This document shows positions 13,470 to 28,300 of a stretch of 64,000 nt of DNA, one piece after another. The stretch is from Eledone cirrhosa (Eukaryota). The DNA is taken from contig OZ024743.1 of NCBI GenBank assembly GCA_964016885.1, forward strand, positions 361,770,001 to 361,834,000, in the 5' to 3' direction. The stretch's first letter is position 1. Each line of letters starts with the position of its first letter. The translations under genes were made by a program, and so were the position numbers. The notes under the pieces were generated by a model. That model searched no databases and had not been told where the DNA came from. It worked only from the letters and a program-made list of their open reading frames with translations.

Positions 13470-14345
13470 ACATTGGAAACAATTGTTATAGCTAGTACAG
13501 CACACAGTGCAAACAATTGTTATAACTAGTACAGGTCACAGTGGAAACAATTGTTATAACTAGTACAGCTCAGAGTGGAAACAATTGTTATAACTAGTAC
13601 AGCACACAGTGGAAACAATTGTTATAACTAGTACAGCTCACAGTGGAAACAATTGTTATAACTAGTACAGCTGACAGTGGAAACAATTGTTATAACTAGT
13701 ACAGCACACAGTGCAAACAATTTTTATAACTAGTACAGCACACAGTGCAAACAGTTGTTATAACTAGCACAGCACACAGTGGAAACAATTGTTATAACTA
13801 GTACAGCTCACAGTGGAAACAATTGTTATAACTAGTACAGCACACAGTGCAAACAATTGTTATAACTAGTACAGCTCACAGTGGAAACAATTGTTATAAC
13901 TAGTACAGCACACATTGGAAACAATTGTTATAGCTAGTACAGCACACAGTGCAAACAATTGTTATAACTAGTACAGGTCACAGTGGAAACAATTGTTATA
14001 ACTAGTACAGCTCAGAGTGGAAACAATTGTTATAACTAGTACAGCACACAGTGGAAACAATTGTTATAACTAGTACAGCTCACAGTGGAAACAATTGTTA
14101 TAACTAGTACAGCTGACAGTGGAAACAATTGTTATAACTAGTACAGCACACAGTGCAAACAATTTTTATAACTAGTACAGCACACAGTGCAAACAGTTGT
14201 TATAACTAGCACAGCACACAGTGGAAACAATTGTTATAACTAGTACAGCTCACAGTGGAAACAATTGTTATAACTAGTACAGCACACAGTGCAAACAATT
14301 GTTATAACTAGTACAGCTCACAGTGGAAACAATTGTTATAACTAG
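13470..14345 (+). repeat. Tandem duplication of 13 monomers (period 442 bp)
   Basis: ATAGCTAG variant G at 13491/13933 and ACAGGTCA at 13531/13973, with the same downstream variants (CAGAGTG, AATTTTT, CAGTTG..AGCAC). Confidence 0.88.
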
Positions 14346-16385
14346 TACAGTACACAGTGGAAATAATTGTTATAACTAGTACAGCACACAGTGGAAACAA
14401 TTCTTACAACTAGTAAAGCACACAGTGGAAACAATTGTTATAAATAGTACAGCACACAGTGGAAATAATTGTTATAACTAGTACAGCACACAGTGCAAAC
14501 AATTGTTATAACTGGTACAGCACACAGTGCAAACAATTGTTATAACTAGTACAGCTCACAGTGCAAATAATTGTTATAACTAGTACAGCTCACAGTGGAA
14601 ACAATTGTTATAACTAGTACAGCTGACAGTGGAAACAATTGTTATAACTAGTACAGCTGACAGTGGAAACAATTGTTATAACTATTACATCTGTCAGTGG
14701 AAACAATTGTTACAACTAGTACAGCACACAGTGGAAACAATTGTTATAACTAGTACAGCTGACAGTGGAAACAATTGTTATAACTGGTACAGCTGACAGT
14801 GGAAACAATTGTTATAACTAGTACAGCACACAGTAGAAACAATTGTTATAACTAGTACAGCTGACAGTGGAAACAATTGTTTTAACTAGTACAGCACACA
14901 GTGGAAACAATTGTTATAACTAGTACAGCACACAGTGGAAACAATTGTTATAACTAGTACAGCTCACAGTGCAAACAATTGTTATAACTAGTACAGCACA
15001 CAGTGGAAACAATTGTTATAACTAGTACAGCAAAACAGTGGAAACAATTGTTATAACTAGTACAGCACACAGGGGAAACAATTGTTATAACTAGTACAGC
15101 ACACAGTGGAAACAATTGTTACAACTAGTAAAGCACACAGTGGAAAGAATTGTTATAACTAGTACAGGTCACAGTGGAAACAATTGTTATAACTAGTACA
15201 GCTCAGAGTGGAAACAATTGTTATAACTAGTACAGCACACAGTGCAAACAATTGTTATAACTAGTACAGCACACAGTGGAAACAATTGTTATAACTAGTA
15301 CAGCTCACAGTGGAAACAATTGTTATAACTAGTACAGCTGACAGTGGAAACAATTGTTATAACTAGTACAGCACACAGTGCAAACAATTTTTATAACTAG
15401 TACAGCACACAGTGCAAACAGTTGTTATAACTAGCACAGCACACAGTGGAAACAATTGTTATAACTAGTACAGCTCACAGTGGAAACAATTGTTATAACT
15501 AGTACAGCACACAGTGCAAACAATTGTTATAACTAGTACAGCTCACAGTGGAAACAATTGTTATAACTAGTACAGTACACAGTGGAAATAATTGTTATAA
15601 CTAGTACAGCACACAGTGGAAACAATTCTTACAACTAGTAAAGCACACAGTGGAAACAATTGTTATAAATAGTACAGCACACAGTGGAAATAATTGTTAT
15701 AACTAGTACAGCACACAGTGCAAACAATTGTTATAACTGGTACAGCACACAGTGCAAACAATTGTTATAACTAGTACAGCTCACAGTGCAAATAATTGTT
15801 ATAACTAGTACAGCTCACAGTGGAAACAATTGTTATAACTAGTACAGCTGACAGTGGAAACAATTGTTATAACTAGTACAGCTGACAGTGGAAACAATTG
15901 TTATAACTATTACATCTGTCAGTGGAAACAATTGTTACAACTAGTACAGCACACAGTGGAAACAATTGTTATAACTAGTACAGCACACAGTGGAAACAAT
16001 TGTTATAACTGGTACAGCTGACAGTGGAAACAATTGTTATAACTAGTACAGCACACAGTAGAAACAATTGTTATAACTAGTACAGCTGACAGTGGAAACA
16101 ATTGTTTTAACTAGTACAGCACACAGTGGAAACAATTGTTATAACTAGTACAGCACACAGTGGAAACAATTGTTATAACTAGTACAGCTCACAGTGCAAA
16201 CAATTGTTATAACTAGTACAGCACACAGTGGAAACAATTGTTATAACTAGTACAGCAAAACAGTGGAAACAATTGTTATAACTAGTACAGCACACAGGGG
16301 AAACAATTGTTATAACTAGTACAGCACACAGTGGAAACAATTGTTACAACTAGTAAAGCACACAGTGGAAAGAATTGTTATAACT
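13970..16385 (+). repeat. Near-tandem duplication of about 36 monomers (period 1225 bp = 36x34+1)
   Basis: TTCTTACAAC at 14401/15626. CTATTACATCTGTCAG, CAGTAGAAAC, GCAAAACAG and GAAAGAATT follow in the same order in both copies. Confidence 0.85.
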
Positions 16386-19300
16386 AGTACAGCACATAGT
16401 GGAAACAATTGTTATAACTAGTACAGATCACAGTGGAAACAATTGTTATAACAAGTACAGCACACAGTGCAAACAATTGTTATAACTGGTACAGCTCACA
16501 GTGGAAACAATTGTTATAACTAGTACAGCACACAGTGGAAACAATTGTTATACCTAGTACAGCTGACAGTAGAAACAATTGTTATAACTAGTACAGCACA
16601 CAGTGGAAACAATTGTTATAACTAGTACAGCTGACAGTGGAAACAATTGTTATAACTAGTACAGCTCACAGTGGAAACAATTGTTATAAGTAGTACCGCA
16701 CACAGTGGAAACAATTGTTATAACTAGTACAGCTCACAGTGGAAACAATTGTTATAACTAGTACAGCACACAGTGGAAACAATTGTTATAACTAGTACAG
16801 CACACAGTGGAAACAATTGTTATAACTAGTACAGCACACAGTGGAAACAATTGTTATAACTAGTACAGCACACAGTGGAAACAATTGTTATAACTAGTAC
16901 AGTTCACAGTGGAAACAATTGTTATAACTAGTACAGCTGACAGTGGAAACAATTGTTATAACTAGTACAGCTCACGTTGGAAACAATTGTTATAATTAGT
17001 ACAGCACACAGTGGAAACAATTGTTATAACTAGTACAGCACACAGTGGAAACAATTGTTATAACTAGTACAGCTCACAGTGCAAACAATTGTTATAACTA
17101 GTACAGCACACAGTGGAAACAATTGTTATAACTAGTACAGCAAAACAGTGGAAACAATTGTTATAACTAGTACAGCACACAGGGGAAACAATTGTTATAA
17201 CTAGTACAGCACACAGTGGAAACAATTGTTACAACTAGTAAAGCACACAGTGGAAACAATTGTTATAACTAGTACAGCACATAGTGGAAACAATTGTTAT
17301 AACTAGTACAGATCACAGTGGAAACAATTGTTATAACTAGTACAGCACACAGTGCAAACAATTGTTATAACTGGTACAGCTCACAGTGGAAACAATTGTT
17401 ATAACTAGTACAGCACACAGTGGAAACAATTGTTATAACTAGTACAGCTGACAGTGGAAACAATTGTTATAACTAGTACAGCACACAGTGGAAACAATTG
17501 TTATAACTAGTACAGCTGACAGTGGAAACAATTGTTATAACTAGTACAGCTCACAGTGGAAACAATTGTTATAAGTAGTACCGCACAGAGTGGAAACAAT
17601 TGTTATAACTAGTACAGCTCACAGTGGAAACAATTGTTATAACTAGTACAGCACACAGTGGAAACAATTGTTATAACTAGTACAGCACACAGTGGAAACA
17701 ATTGTTATAACTAGTACAGCACACAGTGGAAACAATTGTTATAACTAGTACAGCACACAGTGGAAACAATTGTTATAACTAGTACAGCTCACAGTGGAAC
17801 CAATTGTTATAACTAGTACAGCTGACAGTGGAAACAATTGTTATAACTAGTACAGCTCACGTTGGAAACAATTGTTATAATTAGTACAGCACACAGTGGA
17901 AACAATTGTTATAACTAGTACAGCTCACAGTGGAAACAATTGTTATAACTAGTACAGCACACAGTGGAAACAATTGTTATAACTAGTACAGCACACAGTG
18001 GAAACAATTGTTATAACTAGTACAGCTCACGTTGGAAACAATTGTTATAATTAGTACAGCACACAATGGAAACAATTGTTATAACTAGTACAGCTGACAG
18101 TGGAAACAATTGTTATAACTAGTACAGCTGACAGTGGAAACAATTGTTATAACTAGTACAGCACACAATGGAAACAATTGTTATAACTAGTACAGCTGAC
18201 AGTGGAAACATTTGTTATAACTAGTACAGCTCACAGTGCAAACAATTGTTATAACTAGTACAGCACACAGTGGAAACAATTGTTATAACTAGTACAGCAA
18301 AACAGTGGAAACAATTGTTATAACTAGTACAGCACACAGGGGAAACAATTGTTATAACTAGTACAGGACACAGTGGAAACAATTGTTATAACTAGTACAG
18401 CACACAGTGGAAACAATTGTTATAACTAGTACAGCTGACAGAGGAAACAATTGTTATAACTAGTACAGATGACAGTGGAAACAATTGTTATAAATAGTAC
18501 AGCTGACAGTGGAAACAATTGTTATAACTGGTACAGCACACAGTGGAAACAATTGTTATAACTAGTACAGCTGACAGTGGAAACAATTGTTATAACTAGT
18601 ACAGCTGACAGTGGAAACAATTGTTATAACTATTACATCTGTCAGTGGAAACAATTGTTACAACTAGTACAGCTGACAGTGGAAACAATTGTTATAACTG
18701 GTACAGCTGACAGTGGAAACAATTGTTATAACTAGTACAGCACACAGTAGAAACAATTGTTATAACTAGTACAGCTGACAGTGGAAACAATTGTTTTAAC
18801 TAGTACAGCACACAGTGGAAACAATTGTTATAACTAGTACAGCACACAGTGGAAACAATTGTTATAACTAGTACAGCTCACAGTGCAAACAATTGTTATA
18901 ACTAGTACAGCACACAGTGGAAACAATTGTTATAACTAGTACAGCAAAACAGTGGAAACAATTGTTATAACTAGTACAGCACACAGGGGAAACAATTGTT
19001 ATAACTAGTACAGCACACAGTGGAAACAATTGTTACAACTAGTAAAGCACACAGTGGAAAGAATTGTTATAACTAGTACAGCACATAGTGGAAACAATTG
19101 TTATAACTAGTACAGATCACAGTGGAAACAATTGTTATAACAAGTACAGCACACAGTGCAAACAATTGTTATAACTGGTACAGCTCACAGTGGAAACAAT
19201 TGTTATAACTAGTACAGCACACAGTGGAAACAATTGTTATAACTAGTACAGCACACAGTGGAAACAATTGTTATAACTAGTACAGCACACAGTGGAAACA

Positions 19301-22300
19301 ATTGTTATAACTAGTACAGCTCACAGTGGAAACAATTGTTATAACTAGTACAGCTGACAGTGGAAACAATTGTTATAACTAGTACAGCTCACGTTGGAAA
19401 CAATTGTTATAATTAGTACAGCACACAGTGGAAACAATTGTTATAACTAGTACAGCACACAGTGGAAACAATTGTTATAACTAGTACAGCTCACAGTGCA
19501 AACAATTGTTATAACTAGTACAGCACACAGTGGAAACAATTGTTATAACTAGTACAGCAAAACAGTGGAAACAATTGTTATAACTAGTACAGCACACAGG
19601 GGAAACAATTGTTATAACTAGTACAGCACACAGTGGAAACAATTGTTACAACTAGTAAAGCACACAGTGGAAACAATTGTTATAACTAGTACAGCACATA
19701 GTGGAAACAATTGTTATAACTAGTACAGATCACAGTGGAAACAATTGTTATAACTAGTACAGCACACAGTGCAAACAATTGTTATAACTGGTACAGCTCA
19801 CAGTGGAAACAATTGTTATAACTAGTACAGCACACAGTGGAAACAATTGTTATAACTAGTACAGCTGACAGTGGAAACAATTGTTATAACTAGTACAGCA
19901 CACAGTGGAAACAATTGTTATAACTAGTACAGCTGACAGTGGAAACAATTGTTATAACTAGTACAGCTCACAGTGGAAACAATTGTTATAAGTAGTACCG
20001 CACAGAGTGGAAACAATTGTTATAACTAGTACAGCTCACAGTGGAAACAATTGTTATAACTAGTACAGCACACAGTGGAAACAATTGTTATAACTAGTAC
20101 AGCACACAGTGGAAACAATTGTTATAACTAGTACAGCACACAGTGGAAACAATTGTTATAACTAGTACAGCACACAGTGGAAACAATTGTTATAACTAGT
20201 ACAGCTCACAGTGGAAACAATTGTTATAACTAGTACAGCTGACAGTGGAAACAATTGTTATAACTAGTACAGCTCACGTTGGAAACAATTGTTATAATTA
20301 GTACAGCACACAGTGGAAACAATTGTTATAACTAGTACAGCTCACAGTGGAAACAATTGTTATAACTAGTACAGCACACAGTGGAAACAATTGTTATAAC
20401 TAGTACAGCACACAGTGGAAACAATTGTTATAACTAGTACAGCTCACGTTGGAAACAATTGTTATAATTAGTACAGCACACAATGGAAACAATTGTTATA
20501 ACTAGTACAGCTGACAGTGGAAACAATTGTTATAACTAGTACAGCTGACAGTGGAAACAATTGTTATAACTAGTACAGCACACAATGGAAACAATTGTTA
20601 TAACTAGTACAGCTGACAGTGGAAACATTTGTTATAACTAGTACAGCTCACAGTGCAAACAATTGTTATAACTAGTACAGCACACAGTGGAAACAATTGT
20701 TATAACTAGTACAGCAAAACAGTGGAAACAATTGTTATAACTAGTACAGCACACAGGGGAAACAATTGTTATAACTAGTACAGGACACAGTGGAAACAAT
20801 TGTTATAACTAGTACAGCACACAGTGGAAACAATTGTTATAACTAGTACAGCTGACAGAGGAAACAATTGTTATAACTAGTACAGATGACAGTGGAAACA
20901 ATTGTTATAAATAGTACAGCTGACAGTGGAAACAATTGTTATAACTGGTACAGCACACAGTGGAAACAATTGTTATAACTAGTACAGCTGACAGTGGAAA
21001 CAATTGTTATAACTAGTACAGCACACAGTGGAAACAATTGTTATAACTAGTACAGCACACAGTGCAAACAATTGTTATAACTAGTACAGCTCACAGTGCA
21101 AATAATTGTTATAACTAGTACAGCTCACAGTGGAAACAATTGTTATAACTAGTACAGCTGACAGTGGAAACAATTGTTATAACTAGTACAGCACACAGTG
21201 GAAACAATTGTTATAACTAGTACAGCACACAGTGCAAACAATTGTTATAACTAGTACAGCTCACAGTGCAAACAATTGTTATAACTAGTACAGATCACAG
21301 TGGAAACAATTGTTATAACTAGTACAGCTGACAGTGGAATCATTTGTTATAACTAGTACAGCTCACAGTGCAAACAATTGTTATAACTAGTACAGCACAC
21401 AGTGGAAACAATTGTTATAACTAGTACAGCAAACAGTGGAAACAATTGTTATAACTAGTACAGCACACAGGGGAAACAATTGTTATAACTAGTACAGGAC
21501 ACAGTGGAAACAATTGTTATAACTAGTACAGCACACAGTGGAAACAATTGTTATAACTAGTACAGCTCACAGTGCAAACAATTGTTATAACTAGTACAGC
21601 ACACAGTGGAAACAATTGTTATAACTAGTACAGCACACAGTGGAAACAATTGTTATAACTAGTACAGCACACAGGGGAAACAATTGTTATAACTAGTACA
21701 GCACACAGTGGAAACAATTGTTACAACTAGTAAAGCACATAGTGGAAACAATTGTTATAACTAGTACAGCACATAGTGGAAACAATTGTTATAACTAGTA
21801 CAGCTGACAGTGGAAACAATTGTTATAACTAGTACAGCTGACAGTGGAAACAATTGTTATAACTAGTACAGCTGACAGTGGAAACAATTGTTATAACTAG
21901 TACAGCACACAGTGGAAACAATTGTTATAACTAGTACAGCACACAGTGGAAACAATTGTTATAACTAGTACAGCACACAGTGGAAACAATTGTTATAACT
22001 AGTACAGCTGACAGTGGAAACAATTGTTATAACTAGTACAGCTGACAGTGGAAACAATTGTTATAACTAGTACAGCACACAATGGAAACAAATTGTTATA
22101 ACTAGTACAGCTCACAGTGCAAACAATTGTTATAACTAGTACAGCACACAGTGGAAACAATTGTTATAACTAGTACAGCTCACAGTGCAAACAATTGTTA
22201 TAACTAGTACAGCACACAGTGGAAACAATTGTTATAACTAGTACAGCCACACAGTGGAAACAATTGTTATAACTAGTACAGCACACAGTGGAAACAATTG

Positions 22301-25300
22301 TTATAACTAGTACAGCTCACAGTGCAAACAATTGTTATAACTAGTACAGCACACAGTGGAAACAATTGTTATAACTAGTACAGCCACACAGTGGAAACAA
22401 TTGTTATAACTAGTACAGCACACAGTGCAAACAATTGTTATAACTAGTACAGCTCACAGTGCAAACAATTCTTATAACTAGTACAGATCACAGTGGAAAC
22501 AATTGTTATAACTAGTACAGCTGACAGTGGAAACATTTGTTATAACTAGTACAGCTGACAGTGGAAACAATTGTTATAACTGGTACAGCTGACAGTGGAA
22601 ACAATTGTTATAACTAGTACAGCACACAGTGGAAACAATTATTATAACTAGTACAGCTGACAGTGGAAACAATTGTTTTAACTAGTACAGCACACAGTGC
22701 AAACAATTGTTATAACTAGTACAGCACACAGTGGAAACAATTGTTATAACTAGTACAGTCTACAGTGCAAACAATTGTTATAACTAGTACAGCTGACAGT
22801 GGAAACAATTGTTTTAACTAGTACAGCACACATTGGAAACAATTGTTATAGCTAGTACAGCACACAGTGCAAACAATTGTTATAACTAGTACAGCTCACA
22901 GTGGAAACAATTGTTATAACTAGTACAGCTCAGAGTGGAAACAATTGTTATAACTAGTACAGCACACAGTGCAAACAATTGTTATAACTAGTACAGCACA
23001 CAGTGGAAACAATTGTTATAACTAGTACAGCTCACAGTGGAAACAATTGTTATAACTAGTACAGCTGACAGTGGAAACAATTGTTATAACTAGTACAGCA
23101 CACAGTGCAAACAATTTTTATAACTAGTACAGCACACAGTGCAAACAGTTGTTATAACTAGCACAGCACACAGTGGAAACAATTGTTATAACTAGTACAG
23201 CTCACAGTGGAAACAATTGTTATAACTAGTACAGCACACAGTGCAAACAATTGTTATAACTAGTACAGCTCACAGTGGAAACAATTGTTATAACTAGTAC
23301 AGTACACAGTGGAAATAATTGTTATAACTAGTACAGCACACAGTGGAAACAATTCTTACAACTAGTAAAGCACACAGTGGAAACAATTGTTATAAATAGT
23401 ACAGCACACAGTGGAAATAATTGTTATAACTAGTACAGCACACAGTGCAAACAATTGTTATAACTGGTACAGCACACAGTGCAAACAATTGTTATAACTA
23501 GTACAGCTCACAGTGCAAATAATTGTTATAACTAGTACAGCTCACAGTGGAAACAATTGTTATAACTAGTACAGCTGACAGTGGAAACAATTGTTATAAC
23601 TAGTACAGCTGACAGTGGAAACAATTGTTATAACTATTACATCTGTCAGTGGAAACAATTGTTACAACTAGTACAGCACACAGTGGAAACAATTGTTATA
23701 ACTAGTACAGCTGACAGTGGAAACAATTGTTATAACTGGTACAGCTGACAGTGGAAACAATTGTTATAACTAGTACAGCACACAGTAGAAACAATTGTTA
23801 TAACTAGTACAGCTGACAGTGGAAACAATTGTTTTAACTAGTACAGCACACAGTGGAAACAATTGTTATAACTAGTACAGCACACAGTGGAAACAATTGT
23901 TATAACTAGTACAGCTCACAGTGCAAACAATTGTTATAACTAGTACAGCACACAGTGGAAACAATTGTTATAACTAGTACAGCAAAACAGTGGAAACAAT
24001 TGTTATAACTAGTACAGCACACAGGGGAAACAGTTGTTATAACTAGTACAGCACACAGTGGAAACAATTGTTACAACTAGTAAAGCACACAGTGGAAAGA
24101 ATTGTTATAACTAGTACAGCACATAGTGGAAACAATTGTTATAACTAGTACAGATCACAGTGGAAACAATTGTTATAACAAGTACAGCACACAGTGCAAA
24201 CAATTGTTATAACTGGTACAGCTCACAGTGGAAACAATTGTTATAACTAGTACAGCACACAGTGGAAACAATTGTTATAACTAGTACAGCTGACAGTGGA
24301 AACAATTGTTATAACTAGTACAGCACACAGTGGAAACAATTGTTATAACTAGTACAGCTGACAGTGGAAACAATTGTTATAACTAGTACAGCTCACAGTG
24401 GAAACAATTGTTATAAGTAGTACCGCACACAGTGGAAACAATTGTTATAACTAGTACAGCTCACAGTGGAAACAATTGTTATAACTAGTACAGCACACAG
24501 TGGAAACAATTGTTATAACTAGTACAGCACACAGTGGAAACAATTGTTATAACTAGTACAGCACACAGTGGAAACAATTGTTATAACTAGTACAGCACAC
24601 AGTGGAAACAATTGTTATAACTAGTACAGTTCACAGTGGAAACAATTGTTATAACTAGTACAGCTGACAGTGGAAACAATTGTTATAACTAGTACAGCTC
24701 ACGTTGGAAACAATTGTTATAATTAGTACAGCACACAGTGGAAACAATTGTTATAACTAGTACAGCACACAGTGGAAACAATTGTTATAACTAGTACAGC
24801 TCACAGTGCAAACAATTGTTATAACTAGTACAGCACACAGTGGAAACAATTGTTATAACTAGTACAGCAAAACAGTGGAAACAATTGTTATAACTAGTAC
24901 AGCACACAGGGGAAACAATTGTTATAACTAGTACAGCACACAGTGGAAACAATTGTTACAACTAGTAAAGCACACAGTGGAAACAATTGTTATAACTAGT
25001 ACAGCACATAGTGGAAACAATTGTTATAACTAGTACAGATCACAGTGGAAACAATTGTTATAACTAGTACAGCACACAGTGCAAACAATTGTTATAACTG
25101 GTACAGCTCACAGTGGAAACAATTGTTATAACTAGTACAGCACACAGTGGAAACAATTGTTATAACTAGTACAGCTGACAGTGGAAACAATTGTTATAAC
25201 TAGTACAGCACACAGTGGAAACAATTGTTATAACTAGTACAGCTGACAGTGGAAACAATTGTTATAACTAGTACAGCTCACAGTGGAAACAATTGTTATA

Positions 25301-28300
25301 AGTAGTACCGCACAGAGTGGAAACAATTGTTATAACTAGTACAGCTCACAGTGGAAACAATTGTTATAAATAGTACAGCACACAGTGGAAACAATTGTTA
25401 TAACTAGTACAGCACACAGTGGAAACAATTGTTATAACTAGTACAGCACACAGTGGAAACAATTGTTATAACTAGTACAGCACACAGTGGAAACAATTGT
25501 TATAACTAGTACAGCTCACAGTGGAAACAATTGTTATAACTAGTACAGCTGACAGTGGAAACAATTGTTATAACTAGTACAGCTCACGTTGGAAACAATT
25601 GTTATAATTAGTACAGCACACAGTGGAAACAATTGTTATAACTAGTACAGCTCACAGTGGAAACAATTGTTATAACTAGTACAGCACACAGTGGAAACAA
25701 TTGTTATAACTAGTACAGCACACAGTGGAAACAATTGTTATAACTAGTACAGCTCACGTTGGAAACAATTGTTATAATTAGTACAGCACACAATGGAAAC
25801 AATTGTTATAACTAGTACAGCTGACAGTGGAAACAATTGTTATAACTAGTACAGCTGACAGTGGAAACAATTGTTATAACTAGTACAGCACACAATGGAA
25901 ACAATTGTTATAACTAGTACAGCTGACAGTGGAAACATTTGTTATAACTAGTACAGCTCACAGTGCAAACAATTGTTATAACTAGTACAGCACACAGTGG
26001 AAACAATTGTTATAACTAGTACAGCAAAACAGTGGAAACAATTGTTATAACTAGTACAGCACACAGGGGAAACAATTGTTATAACTAGTACAGGACACAG
26101 TGGAAACAATTGTTATAACTAGTACAGCACACAGTGGAAACAATTGTTATAACTAGTACAGCTGACAGAGGAAACAATTGTTATAACTAGTACAGATGAC
26201 AGTGGAAACAATTGTTATAAATAGTACAGCTGACAGTGGAAACAATTGTTATAACTGGTACAGCACACAGTGGAAACAATTGTTATAACTAGTACAGCTG
26301 ACAGTGGAAACAATTGTTATAACTAGTACAGCTGACAGTGGAAACAATTGTTATAACTATTACATCTGTCAGTGGAAACAATTGTTACAACTAGTACAGC
26401 TGACAGTGGAAACAATTGTTATAACTGGTACAGCTGACAGTGGAAACAATTGTTATAACTAGTACAGCACACAGTAGAAACAATTGTTATAACTAGTACA
26501 GCTGACAGTGGAAACAATTGTTTTAACTAGTACAGCACACAGTGGAAACAATTGTTATAACTAGTACAGCACACAGTGGAAACAATTGTTATAACTAGTA
26601 CAGCTCACAGTGCAAACAATTGTTATAACTAGTACAGCACACAGTGGAAACAATTGTTATAACTAGTACAGCAAAACAGTGGAAACAATTGTTATAACTA
26701 GTACAGCACACAGGGGAAACAATTGTTATAACTAGTACAGCACACAGTGGAAACAATTGTTACAACTAGTAAAGCACACAGTGGAAAGAATTGTTATAAC
26801 TAGTACAGCACATAGTGGAAACAATTGTTATAACTAGTACAGATCACAGTGGAAACAATTGTTATAACAAGTACAGCACACAGTGCAAACAATTGTTATA
26901 ACTGGTACAGCTCACAGTGGAAACAATTGTTATAACTAGTACAGCACACAGTGGAAACAATTGTTATAACTAGTACAGCACACAGTGGAAACAATTGTTA
27001 TAACTAGTACAGCACACAGTGGAAACAATTGTTATAACTAGTACAGCTCACAGTGGAAACAATTGTTATAACTAGTACAGCTGACAGTGGAAACAATTGT
27101 TATAACTAGTACAGCTCACGTTGGAAACAATTGTTATAATTAGTACAGCACACAGTGGAAACAATTGTTATAACTAGTACAGCACACAGTGGAAACAATT
27201 GTTATAACTAGTACAGCTCACAGTGCAAACAATTGTTATAACTAGTACAGCACACAGTGGAAACAATTGTTATAACTAGTACAGCAAAACAGTGGAAACA
27301 ATTGTTATAACTAGTACAGCACACAGGGGAAACAATTGTTATAACTAGTACAGCACACAGTGGAAACAATTGTTACAACTAGTAAAGCACACAGTGGAAA
27401 CAATTGTTATAACTAGTACAGCACATAGTGGAAACAATTGTTATAACTAGTACAGATCACAGTGGAAACAATTGTTATAACTAGTACAGCACACAGTGCA
27501 AACAATTGTTATAACTGGTACAGCTCACAGTGGAAACAATTGTTATAACTAGTACAGCACACAGTGGAAACAATTGTTATAACTAGTACAGCTGACAGTG
27601 GAAACAATTGTTATAACTAGTACAGCACACAGTGGAAACAATTGTTATAACTAGTACAGCTGACAGTGGAAACAATTGTTATAACTAGTACAGCTCACAG
27701 TGGAAACAATTGTTATAAGTAGTACCGCACAGAGTGGAAACAATTGTTATAACTAGTACAGCTCACAGTGGAAACAATTGTTATAACTAGTACAGCACAC
27801 AGTGGAAACAATTGTTATAACTAGTACAGCACACAGTGGAAACAATTGTTATAACTAGTACAGCACACAGTGGAAACAATTGTTATAACTAGTACAGCAC
27901 ACAGTGGAAACAATTGTTATAACTAGTACAGCTCACAGTGGAAACAATTGTTATAACTAGTACAGCTGACAGTGGAAACAATTGTTATAACTAGTACAGC
28001 TCACGTTGGAAACAATTGTTATAATTAGTACAGCACACAGTGGAAACAATTGTTATAACTAGTACAGCTCACAGTGGAAACAATTGTTATAACTAGTACA
28101 GCACACAGTGGAAACAATTGTTATAACTAGTACAGCACACAGTGGAAACAATTGTTATAACTAGTACAGCTCACGTTGGAAACAATTGTTATAATTAGTA
28201 CAGCACACAATGGAAACAATTGTTATAACTAGTACAGCTGACAGTGGAAACAATTGTTATAACTAGTACAGCTGACAGTGGAAACAATTGTTATAACTAG

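Noticed and set aside
16972-16988. CENP-B box resemblance: TCACGTTGGAAACAATT versus CTTCGTTGGAAACGGGA (shared CGTTGGAAAC)
   Set aside because: Only 4 of the 9 essential positions of NTTCGNNNNANNCGGGN match. TTCG and CGGG are both broken.
17856-18060. Regular 5-mer (170-bp, nucleosome-sized) higher-order repeat
   Set aside because: The 170-bp spacing is seen only for one local marker pair and its duplicates. No array-wide 5-monomer periodicity is visible by eye.
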